The notes beneath the pieces were generated by a model. The model was not told where the DNA came from. It saw nothing but the letters and a program-made list of their open reading frames with translations, and searched no databases. Positions 1 through 8,163 of a DNA stretch of 32,000 nucleotides are shown one piece after another. The position numbers were made by a program, and so were the translations under genes. Position 1 is the first letter of the stretch. Every line of letters begins with the position of its first letter. The stretch comes from Okeania sp. (lineage in GTDB: Bacteria; Cyanobacteriota; Cyanobacteriia; Cyanobacteriales; Microcoleaceae): contig NZ_JAYKGW010000061.1 of assembly GCF_035285525.1 (NCBI RefSeq), positions 1 to 32,000 on the forward strand, in the 5' to 3' direction.

Positions 1-280
1 TTTTGAGTGGTTATGGAAAGATAATATTTGTTTGTTTGAGTTTGAGAAATTCTACTACAGGAAAACTTTCCTAAATTTTTCTACTGATTAAATTAGAAAT
101 TTTAATTTGATTAAGAGTTGAGGCTAAATTTCTGAAGTGGTAGTTGGAAGTGGTTATGGAAAGATAATATTTGTTTGTTTGAGTTTGAGAAATTCTACTA
201 TAGGAAAACTTGTCTAAATTTTTCTACTCATTATTTCTGAAGTGGTAGTTGGAAGTGGTTGTGGAAAGATAATATTTGTT
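1..280. repeat. Tandem direct repeats at the window edge. A ~79-bp core occurs at 7-85 and 150-228, with a partial copy at 255-280. A 22-bp module atttctgaagtggtagttggaa occurs at 128-149 and 233-254.
   Basis: Near-identical strings gtggttatggaaagataatatttgtttgtttgagtttgagaaattctacta... read directly at the stated positions. No ORF support. Confidence 0.8.
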
Positions 281-475
281 AACACACAAAGCTTAAAGGG
301 TTTTTCTCATAACACAAAGTGTCAAAAAACTACTAAATTAATCTTGAAAACTATGGACTTTTTCCCACAAAACTTGGAAAAATTTAGAACAATTAATAGC
401 TGTAACTATTACCTATTGCTCCCTTATTCATTGCCTACCTTCACCAACAGAATTGTTCAGCAAGCTCTAACTAAT
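281..475. repeat. Partial, degenerate copy of the MITE-like element that is intact at 8907-9130
   Basis: Shares caaagcttaaaggBtttttct...caaaaaactact...cacaaaacttggaaaaatttagaacaattaatRgctgtaactatt with 8935-9070. The right end tcagcaagctctaact resembles the TIR tcagccaaccctaatt. ORF 242..577 is a translation of this repeat. Confidence 0.6.
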
Positions 476-520
476 ATTATCTCTAGATTAAGTGCAAATT
501 TCATCTTTTTTCAAGATTTA

Positions 521-569
521 TCTCTTCTTCCCTCTTCCTTCTTCCCTCTTCCTTCTTCCTTCTTACTTC
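521..569. repeat. Heptamer-type short tandem repeat (ttccctc/ttccttc units)
   Basis: tctcttcttccctcttccttcttccctcttccttcttccttcttacttc read directly. It overlaps the rsmI stop codon (563-565). Confidence 0.7.
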
Positions 570-1405
570 ATTTTTAGAGATATTTGATAAATCTTACTAC
601 GAGATACATTAATTTTTTCTGCAAGTTGACGACTAGCTTGAGAACGAGAAATTCCTTGAGCAAAAAGTTCTTGTAACTCCTCTTTAATAGTATCTTCTGA
701 TAATACTATTTTTTCTGCTTCAGCACCTGCAATAACAATCGTAAATTCTCCTTTTGGTTGATAATTTTGATAATGAATAATTGCTTCTTCAACACTTCCA
801 CGCCAAAATTCTTCATGGAGTTTTGTTAGTTCTCTTGCCAAAACTATTTTTCTATCTTTACCTAACATTTCGGCTAAATCTTCTAGAGTTTGTAATAACC
901 TATAAGGAGACTCATATAAAATAATAGTTTCTGACGAATTAGATAATTTTTCTAATTCTTCTTCTCGTAGTTTAATTTTAGTAGGTAAAAAACCAATAAA
1001 TATAAATTTGTTAGTCGGTAAACCAGAAGCACTTAATGCTGTAATACTAGCAGTAACTCCCGGTATTGGTACAACAGAAATATTCGCTTCCACACAAGCT
1101 TTTACTAACTCATATCCAGGGTCAGATATTCCTGGCATTCCTGCATCAGTTACTAAAGCTATAGTTTTTCCTTGCTTTAGTTTTTCTATTAATTCTGGTA
1201 TGCGACTTTGTTCATTATGTTGATGGTAACTTAATTGTGGAGTTTCGATTTGAAAATATTGTAATAATTTTCCTGTATGACGAGTGTCTTCCGCTGCTAT
1301 TAAATCTACCTTTTGTAATGTTTGAATGGCTCTAAATGTTGTATCCTGTAAGTTGCCTATTGGTGTACCAACTATGTAGAGAGTTGATAAATTTATTTCA
1401 CTCAT
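563..1405 (-). CDS. rsmI: 16S rRNA (cytidine1402-2'-O)-methyltransferase RsmI
   Basis: 280-aa ORF. LYIVGTPIGNLQD, AAEDTRHTGKLL, VTDAGMPGISDPG and the C-terminal helix-turn-helix-like tail are typical of the RsmI/tetrapyrrole-methylase fold family. Confidence 0.9.
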   Translation of the reverse strand: MSEINLSTLYIVGTPIGNLQDTTFRAIQTLQKVDLIAAEDTRHTGKLLQYFQIETPQLSYHQHNEQSRIPELIEKLKQGKTIALVTDAGMPGISDPGYELVKACVEANISVVPIPGVTASITALSASGLPTNKFIFIGFLPTKIKLREEELEKLSNSSETIILYESPYRLLQTLEDLAEMLGKDRKIVLARELTKLHEEFWRGSVEEAIIHYQNYQPKGEFTIVIAGAEAEKIVLSEDTIKEELQELFAQGISRSQASRQLAEKINVSRSKIYQISLKMK

Positions 1406-1522
1406 AATATTATGTCCGGTTGAATAATTAGACTTTGGTGGAAGGAAAGCAGCTATGCTGAAGCTTTTCTGACATTTAACCTTGATTTTATAAACAGACT
1501 ATGCTAACGGACATGATATAAT
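1406..1522. repeat. Dispersed repeat family B, bounded by inverted termini atattatgtccgg / ccgtccatgatat-like. The second copy is at 14846-14978.
   Basis: aatattatgtccggttgaataattagactttggtggaaggaa...ggacatgatataat is shared with 14846-14978. This copy starts on the base after the rsmI start codon. Confidence 0.75.
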
Positions 1523-1562
1523 GACAATTACCATAAACTTTGCTATATTTGGATTTTCTATT

Positions 1563-1657
1563 AGACATCTCCAAAAATAAAAATTAAAATCAATTATCCC
1601 ATACGAAATTATCAATTCTTCTTCCCTATTCCCTGTTCCCTCTTTTCTGGAGATGTC
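1563..1657. repeat. Dispersed repeat family C, with inverted termini agacatctcc / ggagatgtc. The second copy is at 15544-15647.
   Basis: agacatctccaaaaataaaaattaaaatcaattatc...ttctggagatgtc aligns with 15544-15647 by eye. Confidence 0.75.
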
Positions 1658-1873
1658 ATATAGCAACCGACAAGGCGATTAGGACATGGACTGATGATAG
1701 ATATCAGACTTTTCCAACTGTTCCCAGTTAAGTGTTCCCTGCTATGAATATTATTTGTTCGACCAAATGCTTGATAAAGTGGTAATTACGCTTATGAAGA
1801 ACAGTAATTTTTCCAGTTTCCAAGTATAGCAAGAAGGCATGAGAAATGGTATGACTTGACTCTTCTACCTTCT

Positions 1874-1966
1874 TATAGTTATTCTGAATAAGAATGAAAC
1901 ATTTTTTTAGCTGAAACTCTTTGATAGTAAGAAATTATTGTCTCAGTCTAAACCAGAATGACTATA
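1874..1966 (+). mobile_element. 93-bp MITE-like element (family D) with 13-bp terminal inverted repeats tatagtYattctg
   Basis: Terminal inverted repeats read directly. A near-identical copy lies in inverted orientation at 5877-5970. Confidence 0.75.
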
Positions 1967-2014
1967 TTTTCTTGAAATTTGATTGATAAATAAACAAAGT
2001 CATTTTAAAATATT

Positions 2015-2042
2015 GTAGGGACGTTCCATGGAACGTCCCTAC
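2015..2042 (-). terminator. Perfect 28-nt palindrome downstream of the 142-aa gene; possible terminator or dispersed palindromic element
   Basis: gtagggacgttccatggaacgtccctac, followed on the minus strand by aatatttt (weak U-tract). Confidence 0.4.
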
Positions 2043-2071
2043 ACTGAATGAAAATTGCTTTAATATTTAAT

Positions 2072-2500
2072 TTAATTAAGACTGCTAGTATATGATTCCC
2101 AGTCTGGACAACTTTCGTCTTCCACACCATAAGGGTGCATCGCACAAACTAATAGATTTCCTCCATAAGCTTGACCATGATAATGAGTACATCCTCTACA
2201 AGCTGGATGATTTTCTAATGTAGGTTTTACACGATCAACAAAATGATAGTCTACTTCTTCTTCCTGTGTCTCAACATCAAAGTCTAAGTAAACTTCAATT
2301 CTTGGTTCAATTAAATCATTGAGATACTCATCTAATTCTGCAATAATATTAGTCTGTATCTCTTCAGTAATTTCTTCAGAGAATTTTCCCCACTCTTCAA
2401 AAACTTCTGAAATTTCTTCTGCCATTTCATTAAAAAAACCCTCTACTTCCATCATGGCATTTTCTATTACTTCAAAGAAGTTTTTTGACCAATCTTCCAT
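2072..2500 (-). CDS. Conserved-looking hypothetical protein with an acidic N-terminal region and a C-terminal Cys/His cluster
   Basis: 142-aa ORF with a Glu-rich N-terminal two-thirds, then HPACRGCTHYH...CAMHPYG...CPDW. I recognise no family. Confidence 0.7.
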   Translation of the reverse strand: MEDWSKNFFEVIENAMMEVEGFFNEMAEEISEVFEEWGKFSEEITEEIQTNIIAELDEYLNDLIEPRIEVYLDFDVETQEEEVDYHFVDRVKPTLENHPACRGCTHYHGQAYGGNLLVCAMHPYGVEDESCPDWESYTSSLN

Positions 2501-2581
2501 TATAATCTCTTTCGACTTTCCTTCAAAATTTTGACTACTAATAAAATTCCTTCAATCTTGCTCTGATTTGGGAATATAAAT

Positions 2582-2938
2582 TTAGTCTTTTTGTAAATGA
2601 TGTAATTCATCTTGCAACTTCTTTATTTCTTGACGCATTCTATCTACTTCTGTAGAACTATCGTCTTCTGAAATAATTTCTATACGGCGTGGTTCATTAG
2701 GTCTTGTTTCCGAATATGAATCTATAGGTCCTTGCTCCATAGATTTATTCATCATATCTTCCACAAATCTACGAGCTTCTTCTGTGGTCATTTCACCACG
2801 CTTAACCATTTCATCTGCCAGCTTTTGGGTTTCTGTCCTTAGTTCTGCCAACTTCTCGCTAGCTTTCTCACCTGCATAAGAAGCTAGTCCCACTCCTAGA
2901 TAAACAGCCCTTTGAAAAATTCCTCCCAAATTATCCAT
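2582..2938 (-). CDS. Small coiled-coil protein, phasin-like (COG3937-type)
   Basis: 118-aa ORF. The N-terminal FQRAVYLGVGLASYAGEKASEKLAEL...LADEMVKRGEMTTEEARRFVEDMM resembles phasin-family/PHA-granule-regulator-like proteins. The functional call is tentative. Confidence 0.7.
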   Translation of the reverse strand: MDNLGGIFQRAVYLGVGLASYAGEKASEKLAELRTETQKLADEMVKRGEMTTEEARRFVEDMMNKSMEQGPIDSYSETRPNEPRRIEIISEDDSSTEVDRMRQEIKKLQDELHHLQKD

Positions 2939-2964
2939 AATATGTTCATGGCTCCTTTAAATTG

Positions 2965-3060
2965 GGTGACCCGGAGTCAACGCCTACTATAAGCATCCCG
3001 TGTTGCTGCTACCTTCCGGTCCTGACAAGGTTTAGGTGTTATGGTCGCGATGGTCCGAAT
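2965..3060 (-). ncRNA. ffs: Signal recognition particle RNA (small bacterial type, 4.5S/ffs)
   Basis: The minus strand reads ...ccuuGUCAGGACCGGAAGGUAGCAGCaacacggg..., matching the conserved SRP domain IV motif (GUCAGGUCCGGAAGGAAGCAGC in E. coli 4.5S) with a GGAA tetraloop. It is a GC-rich island in AT-rich DNA. A TATAGT -10-like hexamer lies just upstream (plus coordinates 3069-3074). The ends are approximate. Confidence 0.75.
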
Positions 3061-3084
3061 CGTTTATTACTATAACATAAATTT

Positions 3085-3351
3085 TCATTCTGCAACTATA
3101 TACCACTGATAAATTTCATAAGTTACGCAATTATTTTTAATTAGGGGGTCTTCGGCTACTATTTTTTCTGCTTCTGCCATAGATGCAGCCTCAAATAGCA
3201 GCATTCCGCCTCCCTTTTTTGCCCAATAACCACTTTTGGCTTTATGTCCTTTAGCAATTAATTCTTGGACATAAGCTATATGGTCTGGCACATACTGGTC
3301 AAATATTGGCTTTTCTACTATACCTTTTTCTATTTTGGCAAACCAAGGCAT
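3085..3351 (-). CDS. YciI-like (YCII-related) small protein
   Basis: 88-aa ORF. Its size and ...HIAYVQELIAKG....GG.LLFEA.S..EAEKIV..DP.... are typical of YciI-family proteins. Confidence 0.75.
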   Translation of the reverse strand: MPWFAKIEKGIVEKPIFDQYVPDHIAYVQELIAKGHKAKSGYWAKKGGGMLLFEAASMAEAEKIVAEDPLIKNNCVTYEIYQWYIVAE

Positions 3352-3374
3352 TTTATTTTTTAAATTTTAATTTT

Positions 3375-3938
3375 ATGGGTTTATCTAAACGTTTATTATT
3401 TGTGGCTCTTGTGCCACCAGAAAATATTCAAAACCAAGTTACGAAAATTAAGGAATATTTTGCTCAAGAATATAATAGCAGTCATGCTTTAAAGTCTGTA
3501 CCTCATATTACTTTACAACCTCCTTTTAAATGGGCGACTGAAAATTTAAGTTTGGTGCAGGAGTCGTTAGAGATTTTTGCTCAAAAATGTTCTACTTTTC
3601 CGATTACTTTGTCTGGTTTTTCTGCTTTTCCTCCTCGTGTTATTTATGTTAATGTTGTGAAAACTCCAGAACTTTTAAAAATACAAAAAGATTTAATTGA
3701 GTTTACAGAAACTACTTTGGGAATTGTGCATCCCCCTTCAAAAATGCGCCCTTTTTGTCCTCATGTTACTGTAGCTTTTCGAGACTTAAGTAAACCAAAT
3801 TTTCGATCAGCTTGGTTGGAGTTTAGGGAGCGATCGCTTCACTTAGAATTTACAGTTTCTCAGTTAACTTTATTAATTCATAGTGGTAGAGGGTGGGATA
3901 TTTGTAATGAGTTTGCTTTTTCAAAATTAAGGGAATAA
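3375..3938 (+). CDS. 2H phosphoesterase superfamily protein (LigT/ThpR-like 2'-5' RNA ligase / cyclic phosphodiesterase)
   Basis: Two H-x-T-x motifs (HITLQPPF and HVTVAF) at the spacing expected for 2H enzymes. I place the start at ATG 3375 (MGLSKRLLFVAL...) because the 3306 start would overlap the divergent YciI gene. Confidence 0.75.
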   Translation: MGLSKRLLFVALVPPENIQNQVTKIKEYFAQEYNSSHALKSVPHITLQPPFKWATENLSLVQESLEIFAQKCSTFPITLSGFSAFPPRVIYVNVVKTPELLKIQKDLIEFTETTLGIVHPPSKMRPFCPHVTVAFRDLSKPNFRSAWLEFRERSLHLEFTVSQLTLLIHSGRGWDICNEFAFSKLRE

Positions 3939-4196
3939 AAATATTGATTTTTTCTGTTAAAATAGACTTGTAATTAATTGATAATAAGACATTGTTTTGG
4001 ATTATAAATTTAATTGGTTGATAACTAAAAAAAAGCAAAATATTGGCAAACAAAAATTTAATTTATGTTTGGCATCAACTATTTTCCACGATTCTTATCA
4101 ATTAACAATTTATGCTGAATAATATAGTCAAAATTAAGATGAATGAAGCAGGTATATTAAGGTTTTTTGTCGATACCTTTAAAGAAAGAAATAAAT

Positions 4197-5351
4197 CAGG
4201 GCTATTTCATTCTAAATGCTATGATATGTATGTTAATTTAGAATCAAATTAACATACATGAGCAAAGTAGCTATTTTTAAAGCTTTTGAAGAAATGCCCG
4301 ACTCTAGACGAAAACAAGGAACTAGACACTCCCTACAATTATGTTTAGCTTTGTTTACTCTCGCAGTAGCTGCGGTAAATCAGGGATTTTTGGCCATAGG
4401 AGATTGGCTAAAATATCATCATCAAGAATTGAAAGACTTGTTCCATGTTGAGGGTATTCCCTCCTATAGTGCTATTAGAAGAGTATTACTCCAAGTTGAT
4501 TATCTTGACTATGCTGGCACCTTAGCGAACTTTTTTTGGTGTGAAGCCAGAAGTAGGAGAAACCATTAGTCTGGACGGTAAAACCTTGAAAGGTTCTTAT
4601 CTAACTCAAGAAGATAATCCTGAAAGCGAGCCACATCCAGCTATTACTTTAGTAACTTCTTACTTAGTGGAAAGGGGACTAATATCGCCTTAAATACAAG
4701 TAGAGCCAGGCAGTAACGAAATTACAGCCTTACCAAATTTAACTAGGAGTTTGGCTGTGGAGGGAGTAGTCTTCTCCTTTGATGCTTTGAACACACAAAA
4801 AAACCCTTCAAACGATTCGCGAAACCTCAAACCATTATCTAGCTGCTGTTAAAGGTAATCAACCAACTCTTTATAGCCAGATGGCTACCTAATTTGAGCC
4901 TAGCGAATCTTGCCAGACACTCAACAAAGCCCATGGACGAATCGAAAAGCGTCTGGTGGAAATTATGAGAGTAGATCCAGATGATTACCCTGACTGACCT
5001 GATATCAAAACTATTATCAGAGTACATAGGCACAGAAGTCTGACTCATCAAGCTGAAGAGGAAACCTGTTACTATATTACTGATTTAACTGAATCAGCCA
5101 TATCTTTAGGTGAAAGAAGTCGTGGTCATTGGGTTGTGGAAAATAGGCTTCACGTTAGTTAAAGATGTGACTTTTGGTGAGGATCGTTCTCGAATCCGCA
5201 CTGGGTTTCTGCCTCATTTGTTGGCGATCGCTCGTAATTTAGCTATTAATCTTTATCGTCAGGCAGGTTTCACCAATATTGCTCAAGCTCAACGATTATG
5301 CAGTTATGGCCTTAAGCATATTCTCGAACTTTTTAGAATGAAATAGCCCTG
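4197..5351 (+). mobile_element. ISAs1-family insertion sequence, non-autonomous because the transposase is decayed
   Basis: Perfect 20-bp terminal inverted repeats cagggctatttcattctaaa (4197-4216) and tttagaatgaaatagccctg (5332-5351) enclose ISAs1/H-repeat-type transposase fragments. Confidence 0.85.
4258..5346 (+). pseudogene. ISAs1-family transposase, disrupted by several frameshifts and stops
   Basis: N-terminal EEMPDSRRKQGTRHSL...LAIGDW and C-terminal [27 protein letters not shown]...ARNLAINL are typical of ISAs1 transposases. The reading frame changes near 4560, an in-frame TAA falls near 4690, and there are further breaks between 4800 and 5110. Confidence 0.85.
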
Positions 5352-5876
5352 ATATAATTCTGAGAATAAGAATTAAAATTATAGCTCAAACCCGCCCCTA
5401 CCCCATGCACCATTTTTCGGTGTAATTGTAAGTAAGATAAATTCAAAAGTTTTTCTGAGGCGATCGCTAAAAAACCAACCTTTCCTCATAAATTTGTATA
5501 GAGGTTCCGAGAAACTTCCATACATTCTTTTTTCAGATATATCTAATTTGGTCTATGAATAATTTTCTCCACTATTCGTTGCTTCATCTTCCCATCAATG
5601 CCAATTAAACGAACATAATCATTTTGAAGTTTTCCGTGGATTTGGTTTTTTTTATCTAAAATCGAAAGTTTTACCACAACTGCGATATAATTAATAGTCA
5701 TGCTTCGAGTGTATAAGCTTGCTTGAAAAAGACTTTAACAATTGTCAAGAGTAAGGAGCAAATTCGATATTACTTTCTGAATTAATTTATAAGTATAAAA
5801 ATAAAAATACTACTTTAGTTCAGCTAGAAGTTAAGTTTGGTGTTTACCCTCCTTCAAAAACAGAGAAAAAACTTGT

Positions 5877-5970
5877 TATAGTCATTCTGGTTTAGACTGA
5901 GACAATAATTTCTTACTGTTAAAAGGTTTCAGCTAAAAAAAATGTTTCATTCTTATTCAGAATAACTATA
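5877..5970 (-). mobile_element. Second copy of MITE family D, inverted relative to 1874-1966
   Basis: tatagtcattctggtttagactgagacaataatttcttact...tgtttcattcttattcagaataactata is the reverse complement of 1874-1966 with a few mismatches. Confidence 0.75.
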
Positions 5971-6649
5971 GTTGTTATGTTTATGAGGATAGTGCATCTG
6001 TAGATTCAATAGAGATCGTGAAGCTTACTGACTCTTTTAATATTACAATAAAAGGCTTTAAATTAAAGGAATTTGTCAAAGAGCAATACTGGGTATTAAT
6101 AGATTTTTTTCATGGGCAACCTGGAGGAGGAGAAAGAGAAATTTGCTATACTAGAGAAACTGCTTTAGAACTTCAAAGCTTTAAAGAAATTTCTTCAAAG
6201 CTAAGTATTAGTTGATCTCAAAAAGTAGGAGTTTATTTTTTTAAGTTAAGAAATGAGATATCCAATTAGTTAAGTAGATTAACAGGTGAGAGAGTTACTA
6301 TTTCTGACAAAACTTCTAAACAACATATAACAAAAATACTACCCCAACCTTTTGAATGGTATTTTGTCATCTACCAACTAATTGATGTATATACAATTAA
6401 TGCAGTAAAATACACGCCAAAAAACTATAACATTTATTTCATGTCAAATGAAAAAAAAGAGTATGAAGACTATAGAGAAAAGTCAAAAAAACAAGAAGCA
6501 GACTACTTAGCTAAAATAAATTTTGAATCTGGGTTAAAGAAGCCTAGTTATGTGTCTGACTTTAACTTTAAATCAGAGACTTTTGAAGTTACAACTCTTT
6601 ATTTTGGCGATAAATGTTATCCCCCATTAAAGTAAACTATTTCAGCTGT

Positions 6650-7895
6650 GGTGCAATATAAAGTTCCACTGATTAACCACAATATAAAAAGATGAAAAAT
6701 ATTGGTAAAAAATCTACTTCTATCCCTACTATTAATTTTTTCCTCAAGTAGTGCTAATTTCTGCAGTACATTTATGTGTATTTTTGTCAATTATCAGTTA
6801 AATAGGGTGGAGAAAATTAGTTAGTCATCCTTCCAGCAATAAAGAGTGATCGCCACCTAAAACAACAAGATAATAAGGGTTTACAAGTTTATTTTTTGAT
6901 TAAGCAATAAACCTCCTGTGGAGTATAATTAAATTTACCATATCACGAAATTGGGAAAAATCGCTGAAAGTATTGAAAATTTGTTAGTTTATCTAACGAT
7001 ATTATTATTAGGGATTGATGATAAAGTTTTAAAATTTAAAAGACATAACCTAAAAAGTATAATTAAAACTTGTTAAATATCTCTGAACATTATTGAGGCA
7101 AACATTTTGAGAAAAAAAGACATCTATAATATGTAGATGTCTTTCTTAAATACGGATATTTTAGATAATAATGTACAAGGAGTGAAGAATAAAATTCTTA
7201 TGGTGCAGTCATCTTGCTTGGGAAAAGATGAAAAATATTGGTAAAAAGTTTACTTCTATTCCTACTATTAATTTTTTCCTGATGCAATGCTAATTTCGGA
7301 AATACATACAAATGTATTTTTGTCAATTGCCAGTTAAATAGGATGCAGAAAATTAGTTAGTCATCCTTCCAGTAATGAAGAGCGATCGCTACTAAAACAA
7401 CAAGATAATAAGGGTTGACAAGTTTATTTTTTGATTAACCAATAAACTCCCCTTTGATTATAATTAAATTTACCATATCACGAAATTGGGAAAAATCCCT
7501 CAAAGTATTGAAAATTTGTTAATTTATCGAACGATATTATTATTAGGGATTGATGATAAAGTTTTAAAATTTAAAAGACATAACCTAAAAAGTATAATTA
7601 AAACTTGTTAAATATCTCTAACTACTATTCAGATCGAGGTTTTGAGAAAAAAAAGACATCTATAATATGTAGATGTCTTTCTTAAATACGGATATTTTAG
7701 ATAATGATGTACAAGGAGTGAAGAATAAAATTCTCATGGTGCAGTCATCTTGTCTGGGAAAAGATGAAAAATATTGGTAAAAAGTCTACTTCTATTCCTA
7801 CTATTAATTTTTTCCTGATGCAGTGCTAATTTCTGAAATACATATAAATGTATTTTTGTCAATTACCAGTTAAATTAGGGTGGAAAAAATTTGCA
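6650..7895 (+). repeat. Tandem array of a 536-bp unit (about 2.3 copies), non-coding apart from a 19-21 codon micro-ORF per unit
   Basis: The micro-ORF ATGs at 6692, 7228 and 7764 are spaced exactly 536 bp apart. The 11-bp-stem hairpin aaagacatcta/tagatgtcttt occurs at 7116-7144 and 7652-7680. The units are ~90% identical by eye and include a ~90-nt block of complete identity. Confidence 0.9.
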
Positions 7896-7912
7896 ATATG
7901 AAATTGTTTGTG

Positions 7913-7949
7913 ACAAAAAAATGTAGGGGTTTGGTCTCCAAACCCCTAC
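7913..7949 (-). terminator. Rho-independent terminator for the HLIP gene
   Basis: 12-bp perfect stem gtaggggtttgg / ccaaacccctac (7923-7949), followed on the minus strand by a T7 run (plus A-run 7915-7921). It lies about 44 nt downstream of the hli stop. Confidence 0.7.
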
Positions 7950-7992
7950 GAGCAAAATATTACAACCTATGCACGGATTGCTATATCAAGTT

Positions 7993-8163
7993 CTAATTGA
8001 AACCCAACCAAGAAAGTAAACCTTCTCTGGTAAAATATTCAATTGCTAAAGTCAACACAAAGCCAATCATTGCTGCTCTACCATTTAGACGTTCTGCATA
8101 TTGGTTGAATCCGAACTTTGGCTCATTTAAGTTAGGAGTAGTAGTAGGTTTTGGTTCTGTCAT
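7993..8163 (-). CDS. hli: High-light-inducible protein (HLIP/Scp, one-helix CAB family)
   Basis: 56-aa ORF, below the ORF-track cutoff: MTEPKPTTTPNLNEPKFGFNQYAERLNGRAAMIGFVLTLAIEYFTREGLLSWLGFN. It contains the canonical FGF...AE..NGR.AM.GF chlorophyll-binding helix motif. The plus-strand ORF 7997..8185 is its antisense shadow. Confidence 0.85.
   Translation of the reverse strand: MTEPKPTTTPNLNEPKFGFNQYAERLNGRAAMIGFVLTLAIEYFTREGLLSWLGFN

Noticed and set aside
242-577. Track ORF of 111 aa (and the similar ORF 8916..9128, 70 aa)
   Set aside because: Both are translations of the family A-type repeat. They share FFPQNLEKFRTIN because the DNA is repeated, they continue into heptamer arrays, and 242..577 overlaps the rsmI 3' end. 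They are not genes.
1008-1223. Short overlapping or antisense ORFs inside well-supported genes (1008..1223, 2319..2534, 16337..16540, 22540..22734, 27955..28188, 30738..30956)
   Set aside because: Each is embedded in or overlaps a longer ORF with clear family motifs (rsmI, the 142-aa gene, the membrane protein, the amidase-like gene, pilC, pilB). None has independent support.
1740-1873. Start-less minus-strand reading frame (…EESSHTISHAFLLYLETGKITVLHKRNYHFIKHLVEQIIFIAGNT*) abutting MITE D1; possible gene remnant truncated by the insertion
   Set aside because: About 50 codons, no recognisable family, no start codon. It cannot be distinguished from chance in AT-rich DNA without a database search.
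3306-3374. Upstream extension of the 2H-phosphoesterase ORF (track start 3306)
   Set aside because: The extension (MAFLLYLFLFWQTKAFYFLNFNF) overlaps the divergent YciI gene start and is low-complexity. ATG 3375 gives a typical family N-terminus.
3850-4053. Short ORFs lying in AT-rich spacers, repeats or the IS relic (3850..4053, 4839..5051, 9708..9890, 20154..20354, 25985..26191)
   Set aside because: They sit in AT-rich spacers, inside repeat units or heptamer arrays, or antisense within the ISAs1 pseudogene. No motifs, no Shine-Dalgarno sequences, and biased composition.
5542-5703. 53-codon minus-strand ORF (MTINYIAVVVKLSILDKKNQIHGKLQNDYVRLIGIDGKMKQRIVEKIIHRPN) with a faint resemblance to the IF3 N-terminal I..G.I....VRL.G.DG motif
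   Set aside because: The resemblance covers only about 7 positions. There is no Shine-Dalgarno sequence, the ORF is far shorter than IF3, and the flanking sequence offers no continuation. Evidence is insufficient to call a gene or a gene remnant.
6650-7895. Could the regularly spaced repeats be a CRISPR array?
   Set aside because: The period is 536 bp and the sequence between the conserved blocks is itself conserved between units, so there are no unique spacers. There are no 25-40-bp direct repeats and no cas genes. It is a tandem duplication array.
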